From Candidatus Micrarchaeota archaeon CG1_02_47_40 (GTDB lineage Archaea > Micrarchaeota > Micrarchaeia > Anstonellales > CG1-02-47-40), in the NCBI GenBank assembly GCA_001871475.1, contig MNVE01000016.1:197343-261342 (forward strand): DNA of 64,000 bases, written 5' to 3'. This document shows positions 42,032-52,123 of the stretch, one piece after another (the stretch's first letter is position 1; every line of letters begins with the position of its first letter). A program made the translations under genes and the position numbers. The notes under the pieces are model-generated. The model did no database searches, was not told the origin of the DNA, and saw only the letters and a program-made list of their open reading frames with translations.

Positions 42032-45004
42032 TCACCAGTCAAGAGTCTTTTTCCAGGCTTCTTTGAGCTTTCCCAACTCTGCATTGAGTATTTCCTTCCC
42101 TTCAATTCCAGTTATGATGAGCTTTTCCTTATTTGTAGTCTTCCCTATTTTTGCAAAGGAGCTTTCCCGCATTATCTCCTCAAATTCTGCTTCCTTCCCT
42201 TTCTTCACGGAAATTATTATTCTGCCCGCGCTTTCAGAGAAGAGGAGGAAGTCGTTTCTTTTTTCCCCTTCATACGGGAGTTTCCGCAGGTCTATTTGCG
42301 CGCCTATCTCTCCTGCGAATGCGCTTTCTGCTGCGGCAACCGCCAATCCTCCGTCCGAACAGTCGTGTGCAGAAGAGATGATTCCTTTTTGCATCGCTTC
42401 GTGAAGTTTCGCATATGCCAGTGCAAATTCCCTTGCATTCACTTTTGGCGCCTTTCCCCATTCAATTTTGCGCAAAGAGAAATATTCGCTGCCTCCAAGC
42501 TCATCACGCGTCATGCCGAGGAGGTAGATAGATTCTCCTTCTCCCTTAAAATCAATCGTGACGGCTTTTGAAACGTCGGCGATATAACCAAGTGCAGAGA
42601 AGAGAAGGGTTGGAAGGATGGAAATTTTTTTCCCTCCACTCCAGAAATCATTCTTCATGCTGTCCTTTCCCGAAATGCAGGGAACGGAATATGCAAGCGA
42701 GCAGTCGTAAAGGGCTTTGCAAGCCCTGACAAGCTGTGCTAGTTTGTATTCCCCGTCTGGGGTTTTCTCCCCCTTTACCGGGTCGGGCCAGCAGAAGTTA
42801 TCAAGTATTGCAATTCTTGAAGGGTCCGCGCCTGTGCAGACTGCATTTCGCACCGCCTCATCAAATGCGCAAGATGCCATATCATACGTGTCAAAATCCG
42901 AGTAGCGGGGGCAGATTCCGTTTGATATAACCAATCCTTCCTGCGAAGAGAGTATTGGGCGCACCACCCCTGCATCGGAAGGACCGTCATTTTGCGCGCC
43001 GCTTAATGGCTTCACGCAAGAGCCTCCGCCAACCTCGTGGTCGTATTGGCGCACCACGTATTCCTTTGAGCAGATATCGTATGAGGAGAGAAGGGAAAGA
43101 AGTTCAGATTCAAGGTTGGTGGGTTGGGTAAGCTTTGGTTCTTTTTCACTTCTTTCCCCCCATTTCGCTTCCAGCTTCATCTGGGGCAATCCATTGTGCA
43201 AAAATTCCATGTTGAGAAAGGCGGCGGTTTTTCCATCATATTTCACGTGGAAAAAGCCAGAAGATGTGAATTTTCCGACAACGGTTGCTTCCACGCTTCT
43301 TTCCTTTGCCAGCTTCAGAAATGCGCCTGATTTTTCCGGCTCAACTGCAACGCTCATCCTCTCCTGCGCTTCGGAGAGGAGGATTTCCCATGGGTCTAAA
43401 CCCGGGTATTTCAGCGGCGCTTTTTCCAAATCTATTTCGCATCCGCCCGAGAGCTGCGCCATCTCCCCAAGCGAAGAGGAAAGACCGCCTGCTCCGTTAT
43501 CGGTAATTGCACTGTACAATCCCGCGTCCCTTGCCTCAAGAAGGAAATCATACATTTTCCTCTGCGTAATCGGGTCGCCTATCTGCACCGCAGTCGCAGG
43601 GGAGTGCTCATCCATCTGCATTGAGGAGAATGTGGCGCCGTGTATGCCGTCCTTTCCTATTCTCCCTCCCACCATTACTGCCAAATAACCCTCCTTCACT
43701 TCCTTCTTCTCGCTTGGCTTGCCGTTTATTTTTGCGGGAATTGTGCCGCCCGTTCCGCAGTAAACTAATGGGCGCCCTAAATATCTTTCATCAAAAACAA
43801 TGCAGCCGTTTACAGTTGGCACGCCTGTTTTATTGCCCCCGTGTTCCACTCCCCTTCTCACTCCTTCAAAAATTCTTTTGGGATGCAAAACTCCTTTTGG
43901 CAATTCCCCTGCAAAATTCGGGGGAGCAAAGCAAAAGACATCCGTGTTGAAGATGAATCTTGCGCCCATTCCCGCGCCAAGCACATCCCTGTTTACGCCT
44001 ACGATGCCCGTTAATGCACCTCCGTATGGGTCAAGTGCACTCGGAGCGTTATGCGTTTCCACTTTGAATGCGACATTGCAATCCTTGTTGAATTTGATTA
44101 TGCCCGCATTATCGGAGAATACGGAAACGAGCCAATCAACTTTCTTGCCGATTTCTTCGGTTGAGGCGCGTATGTAAGTATCAAACAGCGAATTTATCTC
44201 CTCTTTCTTTCCATTTTCCTCGTAAGTTATTTTCGCATTGAATATTTTGTGCTTGCAGTGCTCGGACCAGGTTTGCGCGATGCATTCTATTTCAACATCA
44301 GTGGGGTTTTTGGAGAGGGTATGCTGTTTGCGCTCGTTTTGGATGTCTTCTTTTCCGAAATGCCCCTTAATTGCATTCCATTCTTCATTTGAGAGGGCAA
44401 GGCATCTTTCCACTGACAGCTTCCCAAGCTCGCTTTGGGTTTTTTCCAGTATTTTTACTTCCTCTACTTTAGGCTCGTGCTTAAGCATTACTTTTGGCAC
44501 GGCAAGTGGGAAGCCTTTTTTTGAATCCCATTTTTCCCCTGAAATTATGGTGGAGCGTTCGATGAGGGGGTTGGAGAGAAGTTTCTCCGCTATCTCTTTT
44601 GCCTCTCCCTCACTAATTTTACCGTAAAAATAGTATTGGGTAGAGGTATAGGCACTTCCTTTCAGCTTCCGTTTAAGCACATCTTCTATTGCCTCTTTTG
44701 AGGTGGTGCCGACATTGTCCGTGACTCCGGGGCGGAAGCCGATTTCAATTGCGAATGTGAAGGATTTGTCTTTCAGCAGTGGCTCCCCGCAAGTATACCT
44801 CTCAACAACTGAATCGCAAAAGACGTTTTCGGAAAGGTTTTTCAGCTCTGCTTCGTTTAACTCCCCGTCAATAGTATAAGCAGAAACAGTATAAACGGAA
44901 GAAACAGAAGTTATTTTCAAATCCTCCCTTAACTGCTTTAAGACGCGGATGCCTCTCCCATCAAGTGAAGCGTCCTTTAGCCCGACCTCAATGCGAGATA
45001 CCAT
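42032..45004 (-). CDS. purL: phosphoribosylformylglycinamidine synthase, PurS-PurL fusion
   Basis: 990 aa. An N-terminal PurS-like ~80 aa is followed by PurL AIR-synthase-like duplicated domains. Confidence 0.85.
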   Translation of the reverse strand: MVSRIEVGLKDASLDGRGIRVLKQLREDLKITSVSSVYTVSAYTIDGELNEAELKNLSENVFCDSVVERYTCGEPLLKDKSFTFAIEIGFRPGVTDNVGTTSKEAIEDVLKRKLKGSAYTSTQYYFYGKISEGEAKEIAEKLLSNPLIERSTIISGEKWDSKKGFPLAVPKVMLKHEPKVEEVKILEKTQSELGKLSVERCLALSNEEWNAIKGHFGKEDIQNERKQHTLSKNPTDVEIECIAQTWSEHCKHKIFNAKITYEENGKKEEINSLFDTYIRASTEEIGKKVDWLVSVFSDNAGIIKFNKDCNVAFKVETHNAPSALDPYGGALTGIVGVNRDVLGAGMGARFIFNTDVFCFAPPNFAGELPKGVLHPKRIFEGVRRGVEHGGNKTGVPTVNGCIVFDERYLGRPLVYCGTGGTIPAKINGKPSEKKEVKEGYLAVMVGGRIGKDGIHGATFSSMQMDEHSPATAVQIGDPITQRKMYDFLLEARDAGLYSAITDNGAGGLSSSLGEMAQLSGGCEIDLEKAPLKYPGLDPWEILLSEAQERMSVAVEPEKSGAFLKLAKERSVEATVVGKFTSSGFFHVKYDGKTAAFLNMEFLHNGLPQMKLEAKWGERSEKEPKLTQPTNLESELLSLLSSYDICSKEYVVRQYDHEVGGGSCVKPLSGAQNDGPSDAGVVRPILSSQEGLVISNGICPRYSDFDTYDMASCAFDEAVRNAVCTGADPSRIAILDNFCWPDPVKGEKTPDGEYKLAQLVRACKALYDCSLAYSVPCISGKDSMKNDFWSGGKKISILPTLLFSALGYIADVSKAVTIDFKGEGESIYLLGMTRDELGGSEYFSLRKIEWGKAPKVNAREFALAYAKLHEAMQKGIISSAHDCSDGGLAVAAAESAFAGEIGAQIDLRKLPYEGEKRNDFLLFSESAGRIIISVKKGKEAEFEEIMRESSFAKIGKTTNKEKLIITGIEGKEILNAELGKLKEAWKKTLDW

Positions 45005-45013
45005 AGGAGATAT

Positions 45014-45625
45014 TTGCTTTTTAACTTTTTAATGGTTTTGCTTTGGTTGAAGAGAAGAGGAAATGTTATAATTCTGCTGCTCGTATTTAATGCCATGTCT
45101 GCCGGGCTTGCAAGGAAACCTTACGACGCGAAAATCGTCTTCGGGACAGCTTCCTTGTTTGTTTTTGCGATGCTTGGGATGTGGGCGGTTAATTTTGACG
45201 GATTTTGGCAGGGGGAAACGCCCATAAGCGCAAACATGATGGCAAACCAGACGCTTGTGCAGAATGAAACCAATCAGACAAACGCAACGGAAACTGCACC
45301 TCCAGTAATCTGCAACACCATCTGGAGAAAATGCTTTACCGGAGAGGAAGTGAAAACGGTAAAATGCTCAAGCGGATTTGAGAAGGTAGAGGAGTGCCCG
45401 GAAAATCCGTATGAGAAGAGAGTGGAGGAAGTTCCTTCTACAATAAGGTATTATGGATTATTCAAATGCTTCTGGGAAGTGAAGGAGAAATACGGCTACG
45501 GGAGGATGTTTGACCCGTTTGTTGTTTGCCAAAGCCAAACATATGGCTGGGACGATGCGTGCAAGTGCGCAGGCGAGATAGAAAGCTATGTTAGAACGTA
45601 TGGAAAACCTTCACTGCCAGAGTAA
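45014..45625 (+). CDS. hypothetical secreted Cys-rich, N-glycosylation-sequon-rich protein
   Basis: N-terminal TM/signal. Sequons NQT, NET, NQT and NAT. 10 Cys residues in the C-terminal half. Confidence 0.35.
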   Translation: MLFNFLMVLLWLKRRGNVIILLLVFNAMSAGLARKPYDAKIVFGTASLFVFAMLGMWAVNFDGFWQGETPISANMMANQTLVQNETNQTNATETAPPVICNTIWRKCFTGEEVKTVKCSSGFEKVEECPENPYEKRVEEVPSTIRYYGLFKCFWEVKEKYGYGRMFDPFVVCQSQTYGWDDACKCAGEIESYVRTYGKPSLPE

Positions 45626-45681
45626 ATAACGGCACTTCATTCATGAGCCTGGCAGGAAGGTTTTGGAAAGCCGAAGGTAAG

Positions 45682-45945
45682 CTAGAAAAGCCAGCGAATC
45701 TCCTTGTAGATTTTGTCCCTTTCCCCTACGCGGTAGAATTTAAGGACAGTTTCTTCAACTCTGAAAATTATGCGGAGCCTTCCGACGCGCGCTTTCTGCA
45801 CCCTGCTTGAGCGATGAAGAAATTCGAAATGAGATGGGTTGGCTTGAATTTGCTTGAGTTTTTTTAGGACTGCTTCTTCGTCTTCTTTGGCAAGGGACTT
45901 GACATCGGAAACGGATTTTTCGGTATAACCGCTGTTTAGTGCCAT
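45682..45945 (-). CDS. RelE/ParE-family toxin
   Basis: The C-terminus RVGRLRIIFRVEETVLKFYRVGERDKIY is typical of the ParE/RelE plasmid-stabilisation fold. Confidence 0.7.
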   Translation of the reverse strand: MALNSGYTEKSVSDVKSLAKEDEEAVLKKLKQIQANPSHFEFLHRSSRVQKARVGRLRIIFRVEETVLKFYRVGERDKIYKEIRWLF

Positions 45946-45962
45946 TGCAAAACCACGCGGGA

Positions 45963-46226
45963 TTACTTTGCTTTTATCCTTTTCTCAAATTCCTTCTGCG
46001 AATAGACTTTCATCTTTCCCTTTTTTATCAGCCCTTCCTGCCTTTGCACTTCGCGCACTGCTGATTCATCAAAGCGCCGCTCAATTTCATTGTCGTTGAG
46101 GTATTCCTCTTCCAGTTTGAGAACGCCGAGCCTAAGCGCCTCTGTTTTAGTTGAGGCAATTCCCCTTGCCACAAGCTCCTCAATTACGTTTGCAACGTGC
46201 CCGGTAAATCTTACAGTCAAATTCAT
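45963..46226 (-). CDS. ribbon-helix-helix antitoxin (partner of RelE/ParE)
   Basis: MNLTVRFTGHVANVIEELVARGIASTKTEALRLGVLKLEEE has the RHH layout. It sits 18 bp upstream of the toxin on the same strand. Confidence 0.6.
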   Translation of the reverse strand: MNLTVRFTGHVANVIEELVARGIASTKTEALRLGVLKLEEEYLNDNEIERRFDESAVREVQRQEGLIKKGKMKVYSQKEFEKRIKAK

Positions 46227-46269
46227 GTATTTTCACCGTATTTTATACCATAGAAATGAATTAAAAAGT

Positions 46270-46689
46270 ATGCATTGTAAAAAAAACTGCATGGGAGTGA
46301 TTACGGATACTGTCAGCAAAGTGCACCCAAAAGGGCATAAGAAAGTGTGCATCGGTTGGAGAGAGTTTGAAACACTTGTAAGAAGGCTTGCAAGAAAAGT
46401 GCCAAAGGAAAAAGTAAAATCCATTTATGCAGTACCAAGAGGCGGGTACCCTGCCGCCTGCCTCATGGCTCACCTGTTGAACCTCCCGATTGTGCAAAAA
46501 CCGGAGGGAGATTCGCTGGTAGTTGATGATATAGAAGATAGTGGAAGGACTCTTTCAGAATATTCCGGAATGAAGGCAGTGCCGATAAGCAAAATAAAGA
46601 ATACGAAAACCCTGTGCGCGGCAATTGTGCCTGTTTCGGAGTGGATTGTATTCCCTTGGGAGGCTGGCGGCGTCAAATCTCAGCCGTAG
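46270..46689 (+). CDS. phosphoribosyltransferase-domain protein (purine PRTase, Hpt/Gpt-like)
   Basis: PRPP-binding motif LVVDDIEDSGRTL. A flexible loop with YAVPRGG. About 140 aa after trimming the antisense-overlapping N-terminus. Confidence 0.6.
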   Translation: MHCKKNCMGVITDTVSKVHPKGHKKVCIGWREFETLVRRLARKVPKEKVKSIYAVPRGGYPAACLMAHLLNLPIVQKPEGDSLVVDDIEDSGRTLSEYSGMKAVPISKIKNTKTLCAAIVPVSEWIVFPWEAGGVKSQP

Positions 46690-47186
46690 CCGCAGGTTGC
46701 TGACTGGGGCTTGCATACGTAAGTTGGCGGGCTGGGGCAGCATTTTGTAAGGCTTGGCCTGCCTTGCGGGGGGCAGGGGTCGGGGGTGCATGGGTCCGGA
46801 GGGGCGACTACAGCTTCTTGGCAGGCAGTCGTCCAGCCGCTTCCGTACATTGCCTGCATTACAAATGGCCCGATAACTGAAACAAGTATTCCTATTAACG
46901 CGCCTACCAGCATTGCAGTTGCCCAGACGTTTGCCCTTGCGCGCGTTTCCGCGCCCATCATCTGCCCTCCGGCATAAACCGCTCCTCCTGCAACCACCAT
47001 GAGCATGGAAAGAATGGGGAGGAGATTGGCAAGAAAATCGCAGAGGGAGGCAAATGCCCCGCTGATGTTTGACATCTGGGAAAATGAAAGGGAGAGCATT
47101 GCAAGGAGGAGAAGGAGTGCGGCGGGCTTCATGCAGATAACGAAGCAACGAAAGGTTATTAATTTTTGGAAAGGAGATTTATGCAT
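46680..47186 (-). CDS. hypothetical membrane protein with Cys/Pro-rich C-terminal tail
   Basis: 3-4 TM helices, then PPDPCTPDPCPPQGRPSLTKCCPSPPTYVCKPQSATCGYG. Confidence 0.35.
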   Translation of the reverse strand: MHKSPFQKLITFRCFVICMKPAALLLLLAMLSLSFSQMSNISGAFASLCDFLANLLPILSMLMVVAGGAVYAGGQMMGAETRARANVWATAMLVGALIGILVSVIGPFVMQAMYGSGWTTACQEAVVAPPDPCTPDPCPPQGRPSLTKCCPSPPTYVCKPQSATCGYG

Positions 47187-48165
47187 GGCTTCTACTTACT
47201 CTGATGCGGGGATAGATGTGAAGAAAGCGGTTAGGATACACGAGGCAATGGCAAAGATAATTGCCGGCACTAAAAACGAATTTTGCGAGGGAGAGTTTGG
47301 ACATTATGCAGGAATTGTGAAAATCGGGGAAGAAATGATTGCGATTACAAATGACGGGGTTGGCAGCAAACTGCTTGTTGCACAGAAAATGAAGAAATTT
47401 GACACGGTTGGAATAGACTGCGTGGCGATGGTCGTGAATGATTTGATTTGCATCGGTGCAAAACCGATTGCGCTTGTGGATTATATTGCATTACAAAAAC
47501 AGGATGAAACACTTGTGCTTGAGTTGATGAAGGGGTTGGCGCAGGGGTGCGTGCAGTCTGGCTGCGCAATAGTGGGGGGGGAAACCGCCATTCTGCCTGA
47601 AATTGTGAATGGATTTGATTTGGAGGCAACTTGCATTGGAAGAGTGGAAGGGGGAGTGGTGGATGGGCGTATAGTAAAAGAGGGAGATGCGGTTGTGGGG
47701 CTTGCCTCAAGCGGACTGCATTCAAACGGATATACGCTTGCAAGAAAAGTTTTAAGCATGGAAAAGTGGGGGAAGGAAATGTTAACTCCCGCTACCATTT
47801 ATGTGAAGCCGGTGCTTGAAATGATTAAGGAATGTGAAGTACATGGGCTTGCGAACATAACCGGGGGAGCTTTTTCAAAAATGAGCAGGCTGACAAAAAG
47901 AAGCGGGTGCGGCTTTTTATTGGATGGGGTGCCGACACTCCCTCCGATATTTGCCGAACTGCGCAGAGGAGTGCCAAGCGATTACGAAATGTACCGAACA
48001 TTCAACTGCGGAATAGGGTTTTGCGTGGTGTGTGAAAAGGAAGATGCGAAAAAAGTGATTGCGGTTGCAAAGAAATATGGAATTGGTGCACAAGTAATTG
48101 GGCAGGCGATTGCAAAAAAAGACATTCTCTTGAAAAAAGATGGAAAGGAAATTTCACTCCTCTAA
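47185..48165 (+). CDS. purM: phosphoribosylformylglycinamidine cyclo-ligase (AIR synthetase)
   Basis: MASTYSDAGIDV, GHYAGIVKIG, and DGVGSKLLVAQKMKKFDTVGIDCVAMVVNDL are present. AAGGAGA lies upstream of the internal ATG. Confidence 0.85.
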   Translation: MASTYSDAGIDVKKAVRIHEAMAKIIAGTKNEFCEGEFGHYAGIVKIGEEMIAITNDGVGSKLLVAQKMKKFDTVGIDCVAMVVNDLICIGAKPIALVDYIALQKQDETLVLELMKGLAQGCVQSGCAIVGGETAILPEIVNGFDLEATCIGRVEGGVVDGRIVKEGDAVVGLASSGLHSNGYTLARKVLSMEKWGKEMLTPATIYVKPVLEMIKECEVHGLANITGGAFSKMSRLTKRSGCGFLLDGVPTLPPIFAELRRGVPSDYEMYRTFNCGIGFCVVCEKEDAKKVIAVAKKYGIGAQVIGQAIAKKDILLKKDGKEISLL

Positions 48166-49549
48166 AGTTTGGCTGTTTTTTTCCTTCATTTTGCTACTCC
48201 TCTTTCTCTCTCCCTTTTCCTTTGCCTCGCTTCTTGATGGGGCGGTGCAGAACAATACAGTTCTTGCGCCTTCTCTCTGGCATTTTACTGAAAATTACGC
48301 CGGCGCGCCTGAAAATTCACCAAGCGTTTCAGACCCGGTGATTTTTTCGCAGGCGAAGATATTTTCAGCAATTCCGCAGGTGGGGCAGAGGATAAATTCA
48401 GCGGAAAACACTTCAGTGCTTTTTGGATGGGGGGAGGCGCACGCAGAGGAGGTAAGCGAGAGCATCCCGAATGCGGACTGCCCTCCCACAGTAATAACAA
48501 TTGAGGCGCAGACTGCTTATGCCGATTTGGTGGCGGAATTCTCATTCTTCGGGGAGAACAGAAGTGTTGAAGTTGCTTCTCCGCTTGTGGGTGTACCTTT
48601 CTCTTCAGCTGAACTTGACCAAGAGCTGATTGAGAAGGAAGAAAATGAAACAATAGAAAATGAAATGCGTGTTGAGCTTTACGGCACGATAAATTTCCCC
48701 TATGAAAAAACCACCCAGGGATATGAGTATGTGTGCATGCAAAACTGCCAGGGGCAGGAAAACTGCACCACTTCCTGCTCCTGCGAATATTTTTCAAATA
48801 CGGAGCAGGTGATGTTCATAAGGGAGGTTTATGATAATGCTTCTTTCGAGATTGAAGCCGCCTACTTTCGCCACTTCGTGGCAAAGCCGGCGCTGCTTGT
48901 GAATGTGAAGGGGAAAAATCCGCTTGAGATTCTTGTTTTCTCAAGGGAGGGGATGCAAAATGTTGTTTTGCTGAAAGGAAATGAAATGCAGATGAATCAG
49001 ACAATGCATGGGTTTTTTGCGTGGGAGGATGAGTTTGGAGTGATGCGTGTTGAGGTTGGAAATGAGAGCGGTGAAAGCGAAGTAATGCATGAGAATTACT
49101 TTCTTTTTCCAGTGCAGCTGATAGGGGAGAACCTTACCTTTTCGCACCTTTACGAAATAAAGAAGAAAATGGATTTTGAGCGGGGCGAGAATGAGGTAAT
49201 GCTGAAAATGAGAAACGATTTTAGAAGGGAGAAAAACGTCTCTTTTTCAATTCAAACGAAGGAAAAAACCGCACTTATTGTTTCGGAGGGAGATGGGAGC
49301 GGCAATGGGGATTATGAAACAGTTTTGGTGGATGATGAAGGGCAGGAAATAGAGGGGAAAGAAGTTGAAGTAAGTGAAGACGAAAGCGCGTTCTCTGCGC
49401 GCTTTGAGGGGGATGAGGAGTATTTCCCAAGTGCTGGCGGCGGAGTTGAAAATGAGATGATTGGGGCCGGAGTTGAGGGGCTGGCGGGGGCGGGAGTTTT
49501 GCTTGCCGTATTAGTATTTTCTTTTTTTTCTCTGCACAAAAGGCATTGA
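48140..49549 (+). CDS. hypothetical cell-surface protein (signal peptide, acidic repeats, C-terminal TM anchor)
   Basis: The N-terminal signal is MERKFHSSKVWLFFSFILLLLFLSPFSFAS. The C-terminus is GLAGAGVLLAVLVFSFFSLHKRH. Multiple N-glycosylation sequons. Confidence 0.4.
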   Translation: MERKFHSSKVWLFFSFILLLLFLSPFSFASLLDGAVQNNTVLAPSLWHFTENYAGAPENSPSVSDPVIFSQAKIFSAIPQVGQRINSAENTSVLFGWGEAHAEEVSESIPNADCPPTVITIEAQTAYADLVAEFSFFGENRSVEVASPLVGVPFSSAELDQELIEKEENETIENEMRVELYGTINFPYEKTTQGYEYVCMQNCQGQENCTTSCSCEYFSNTEQVMFIREVYDNASFEIEAAYFRHFVAKPALLVNVKGKNPLEILVFSREGMQNVVLLKGNEMQMNQTMHGFFAWEDEFGVMRVEVGNESGESEVMHENYFLFPVQLIGENLTFSHLYEIKKKMDFERGENEVMLKMRNDFRREKNVSFSIQTKEKTALIVSEGDGSGNGDYETVLVDDEGQEIEGKEVEVSEDESAFSARFEGDEEYFPSAGGGVENEMIGAGVEGLAGAGVLLAVLVFSFFSLHKRH

Positions 49550-49552
49550 GCA

Positions 49553-50554
49553 TTACTGCCCGTTTTTCTTTATTGAACGCGTTATTGCAAGCTGTGCGAT
49601 TGCGTTTGAGCGCTCCATGGTGCGGAAAATCCCATCATAAATAAAATTGTGCGGGGTGTGGGAATTCGGCTGCTTCGCATCTGCTATTCCCTGCGAGATT
49701 TTCATGATTACTTTGTTTGCCTGCGCCGCATCCGATTCGAGGAATGCGCCGACCGCTTCGGAATATGCGCAAAGCGCGAGCGAATGGAGAGACTGGAGCG
49801 GTTCTGCATCTTTTGGAAGCATTTTCGCCTTTTCTTTTGAAAGCTTTTCCGCAGATGTGCGCGCATAGTCCCCTATCTTTTCTATGTTGCGCATCAGGAG
49901 TATGTAGTGAACGCATTCGTGCGGGAGCATCCCGAATGCCTGCATCCTGGAGGAATCGGAGAGTGCTTCCGTTGCCTGGCGCAATACTAAAGAGGAAAGC
50001 GAATCCACCTCCCCATCCATCTCAATTATGCTCCGATGCAGCTGCCCGCCTTCAAAAAGGCATTCCGCCAGGTCCTCGTGCATCTTGAAGGAGAATGTGT
50101 GCGCCCTGCGCACCGTTTTTTCTATTGAGAGGTTGTTTGGGGAGAAAAAATCCTGAACGGTTATCTCGTTATCCTTCTCTTCGGTTATCTGAAAGCCCGG
50201 CAGGCGCTTTACTTCTGAACTTAGAAGGACACTGGTTTGCGGGTTTATTTTTGCAGATGAAAAAAACTTGATGGAGGCGAATCCCCCTAGGTATGCAGAA
50301 AGAAGGAGCCGGTGGATTTCAATCGGGCTTTTGAGCACATCTAGGTTTATGTTTATCTCTTTTTTGTTTTTGGGAGGCTCGTCAAGGCGAAGTGAGAGGG
50401 AGCCGTCGGGAGTTTCCGCAATTATCGCCTGCCTGCCTGCCGAAACGTTGTTTTTTCTTGCCCAGCTTTTTGGAAGGGAAACTACGTATGTGGAGGTGCC
50501 GGTAAGCTGTATTTTGCGCCTATTGTGAGATAGGGGGTTTGTTATATTAATCAT
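49553..50554 (-). CDS. phoU: phosphate-uptake-regulator-like protein: N-terminal AbrB/SpoVT domain plus PhoU domains
   Basis: LTGTSTYVVSLPKSWARKNNV is an AbrB-type swapped-hairpin domain. Two PhoU-like helical repeats follow. Confidence 0.65.
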   Translation of the reverse strand: MINITNPLSHNRRKIQLTGTSTYVVSLPKSWARKNNVSAGRQAIIAETPDGSLSLRLDEPPKNKKEININLDVLKSPIEIHRLLLSAYLGGFASIKFFSSAKINPQTSVLLSSEVKRLPGFQITEEKDNEITVQDFFSPNNLSIEKTVRRAHTFSFKMHEDLAECLFEGGQLHRSIIEMDGEVDSLSSLVLRQATEALSDSSRMQAFGMLPHECVHYILLMRNIEKIGDYARTSAEKLSKEKAKMLPKDAEPLQSLHSLALCAYSEAVGAFLESDAAQANKVIMKISQGIADAKQPNSHTPHNFIYDGIFRTMERSNAIAQLAITRSIKKNGQ

Positions 50555-50704
50555 ATTCTGGTCGACTCCAGTATAGGTAAGTATAATGCAAAATGTATAT
50601 AAATGATTGTCTTTTTTTGAGAATTTTTTGTAAAAACAGGAAAAAATGAGTATTGTTTTGTGAAAATGAAAAAAACGTCCTTCTTTATTTTAAAGGAAGA
50701 AGAA

Positions 50705-50785
50705 AATGTTCTATATAGGGGTGAAAGATGATTTATAACATCTATATAGAAAAAATTGGGGAGTTTGAAGCATCTATATAGAGAA
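50705..50785 (+). promoter_or_regulatory. three tandem TATA-like boxes (TCTATATAG) spaced 32 nt apart, upstream of the 16S rRNA
   Basis: TCTATATAG occurs at 50710-50718, 50741-50749 and 50773-50781. A further TTTATAAAC lies at 51096. Confidence 0.4.
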
Positions 50786-52123
50786 TATAGTGCTAAATAC
50801 TGAAAGGTGAATGGTGTTTTAGTAAATAAATGTGGAAAATGGGCTCATGAGTGCTAGATTGATGTTTCCGTTCAAGCCGCATATGTTTGTTGCGATGTTC
50901 ATGTTCCTGTTTATAGTATATGCAGTAATGCAGAATGAATGGAAGGTGCGCGTCCTGATGCTTGTTCCGGTGACTGTGCTTTTTGTGGTGTTTGTAGCCG
51001 CCTTTGCCTGGGGGGTTAGGGAGGTTTCGGCGGAAGCGGTGAGAGAGTATAAGAAGAAGGAGAATGCGAAGGGAAGAGGGATTGCCACAAAAGCTTTATA
51101 AACAGACCGCGCCATAAACACTGCTACCGAATTTTAACGGTAAATGAGGGGCAGAACCTGGTTTTGCCCCCCTGGATGGAATGAAACCCTTAGGGGGTTC
51201 CATCTGCTGTGGAAATCCGAAGCTTTCGGATTTGACTTGCGCTTCAAGTGGAAAAAAAAGACAAGCAGCAAAATAGAATTGCTCCTTAATGCAATTCCCT
51301 TAAGAAATAAGGAAATGAACTTTTGCAACTCCAGTTGATCCTGCTGGAGGATACTGCTATCAGAGTCCGACTAAGCCATGCAAGTCAGCCCGCAACCATT
51401 GCGGACGGCGTAAGGCTCAGTAACACGTAGTCAATCTGCCCTTTGGACGTGGACATCCTCGAGAAATTGAGGTTAACCCGCGATAGGCCATCTATGCTGG
51501 AATGCTTGATGGTTTAAAGGTGCGCGCGAATTGGAGTGCGCACGCCGGAGGATGAGACTGCGGTTGATTAGGTAGTTGGTGAGGTAACGGCTCACCAAGC
51601 CGATAATCAGTAGGGGCGATGGGAGTCGGAGCCCCGAGAAGAGCACTGAGACAAGGGCTCTAGTCCTACGGGATGCAGCAGGCGCGAAACCTCTGCAATG
51701 CGCTAAAGCGTGACAGGGGGACTCTGAGTGGCGGAGAACTTAGTTCTCCGTCTTTTGACAAGCTTAGATGGCTTGTAGAATAAGTGCTGGGTAAGACCAG
51801 TGCCAGCCGCCGCGGTAATACTGGCAGCACAAGTGGTATCCACGAATATTGGGTCTAAAGAGTTCGTAGCTGGCTTGCTAAGTTCACTGTGAAATCTTGG
51901 AGCCTAACTCCAAGGCGTGCAGTGAATACTGGCAGGCTTGAGAGCGGGGGAGGCGTGGAGTACTTACGGGGTAAGGGTAAAAAGGAGAGTATTGAATGCC
52001 GTAATGCGCAATACTTTTCATTATAATCTCGTAATCCTGTAAGGACTCACAGTGGCGAAGGCGCCACGCCAAAACGCGTCTGACAGTGAGGAACGAAGGC
52101 TAGGAGAACAAATCGGATTAGAT

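Noticed and set aside
46555-47148. 197-aa minus-strand ORF overlapping 46680-47186
   Set aside because: Arg-rich nonsense-like sequence. The alternative frame encodes a credible multi-TM protein.
50832-51101. 89-aa hydrophobic ORF between the rRNA promoters and the 16S leader
   Set aside because: No RBS or promoter context of its own and a highly hydrophobic low-complexity sequence. It lies in the pre-rRNA leader, so a small membrane protein cannot be excluded but is not called.
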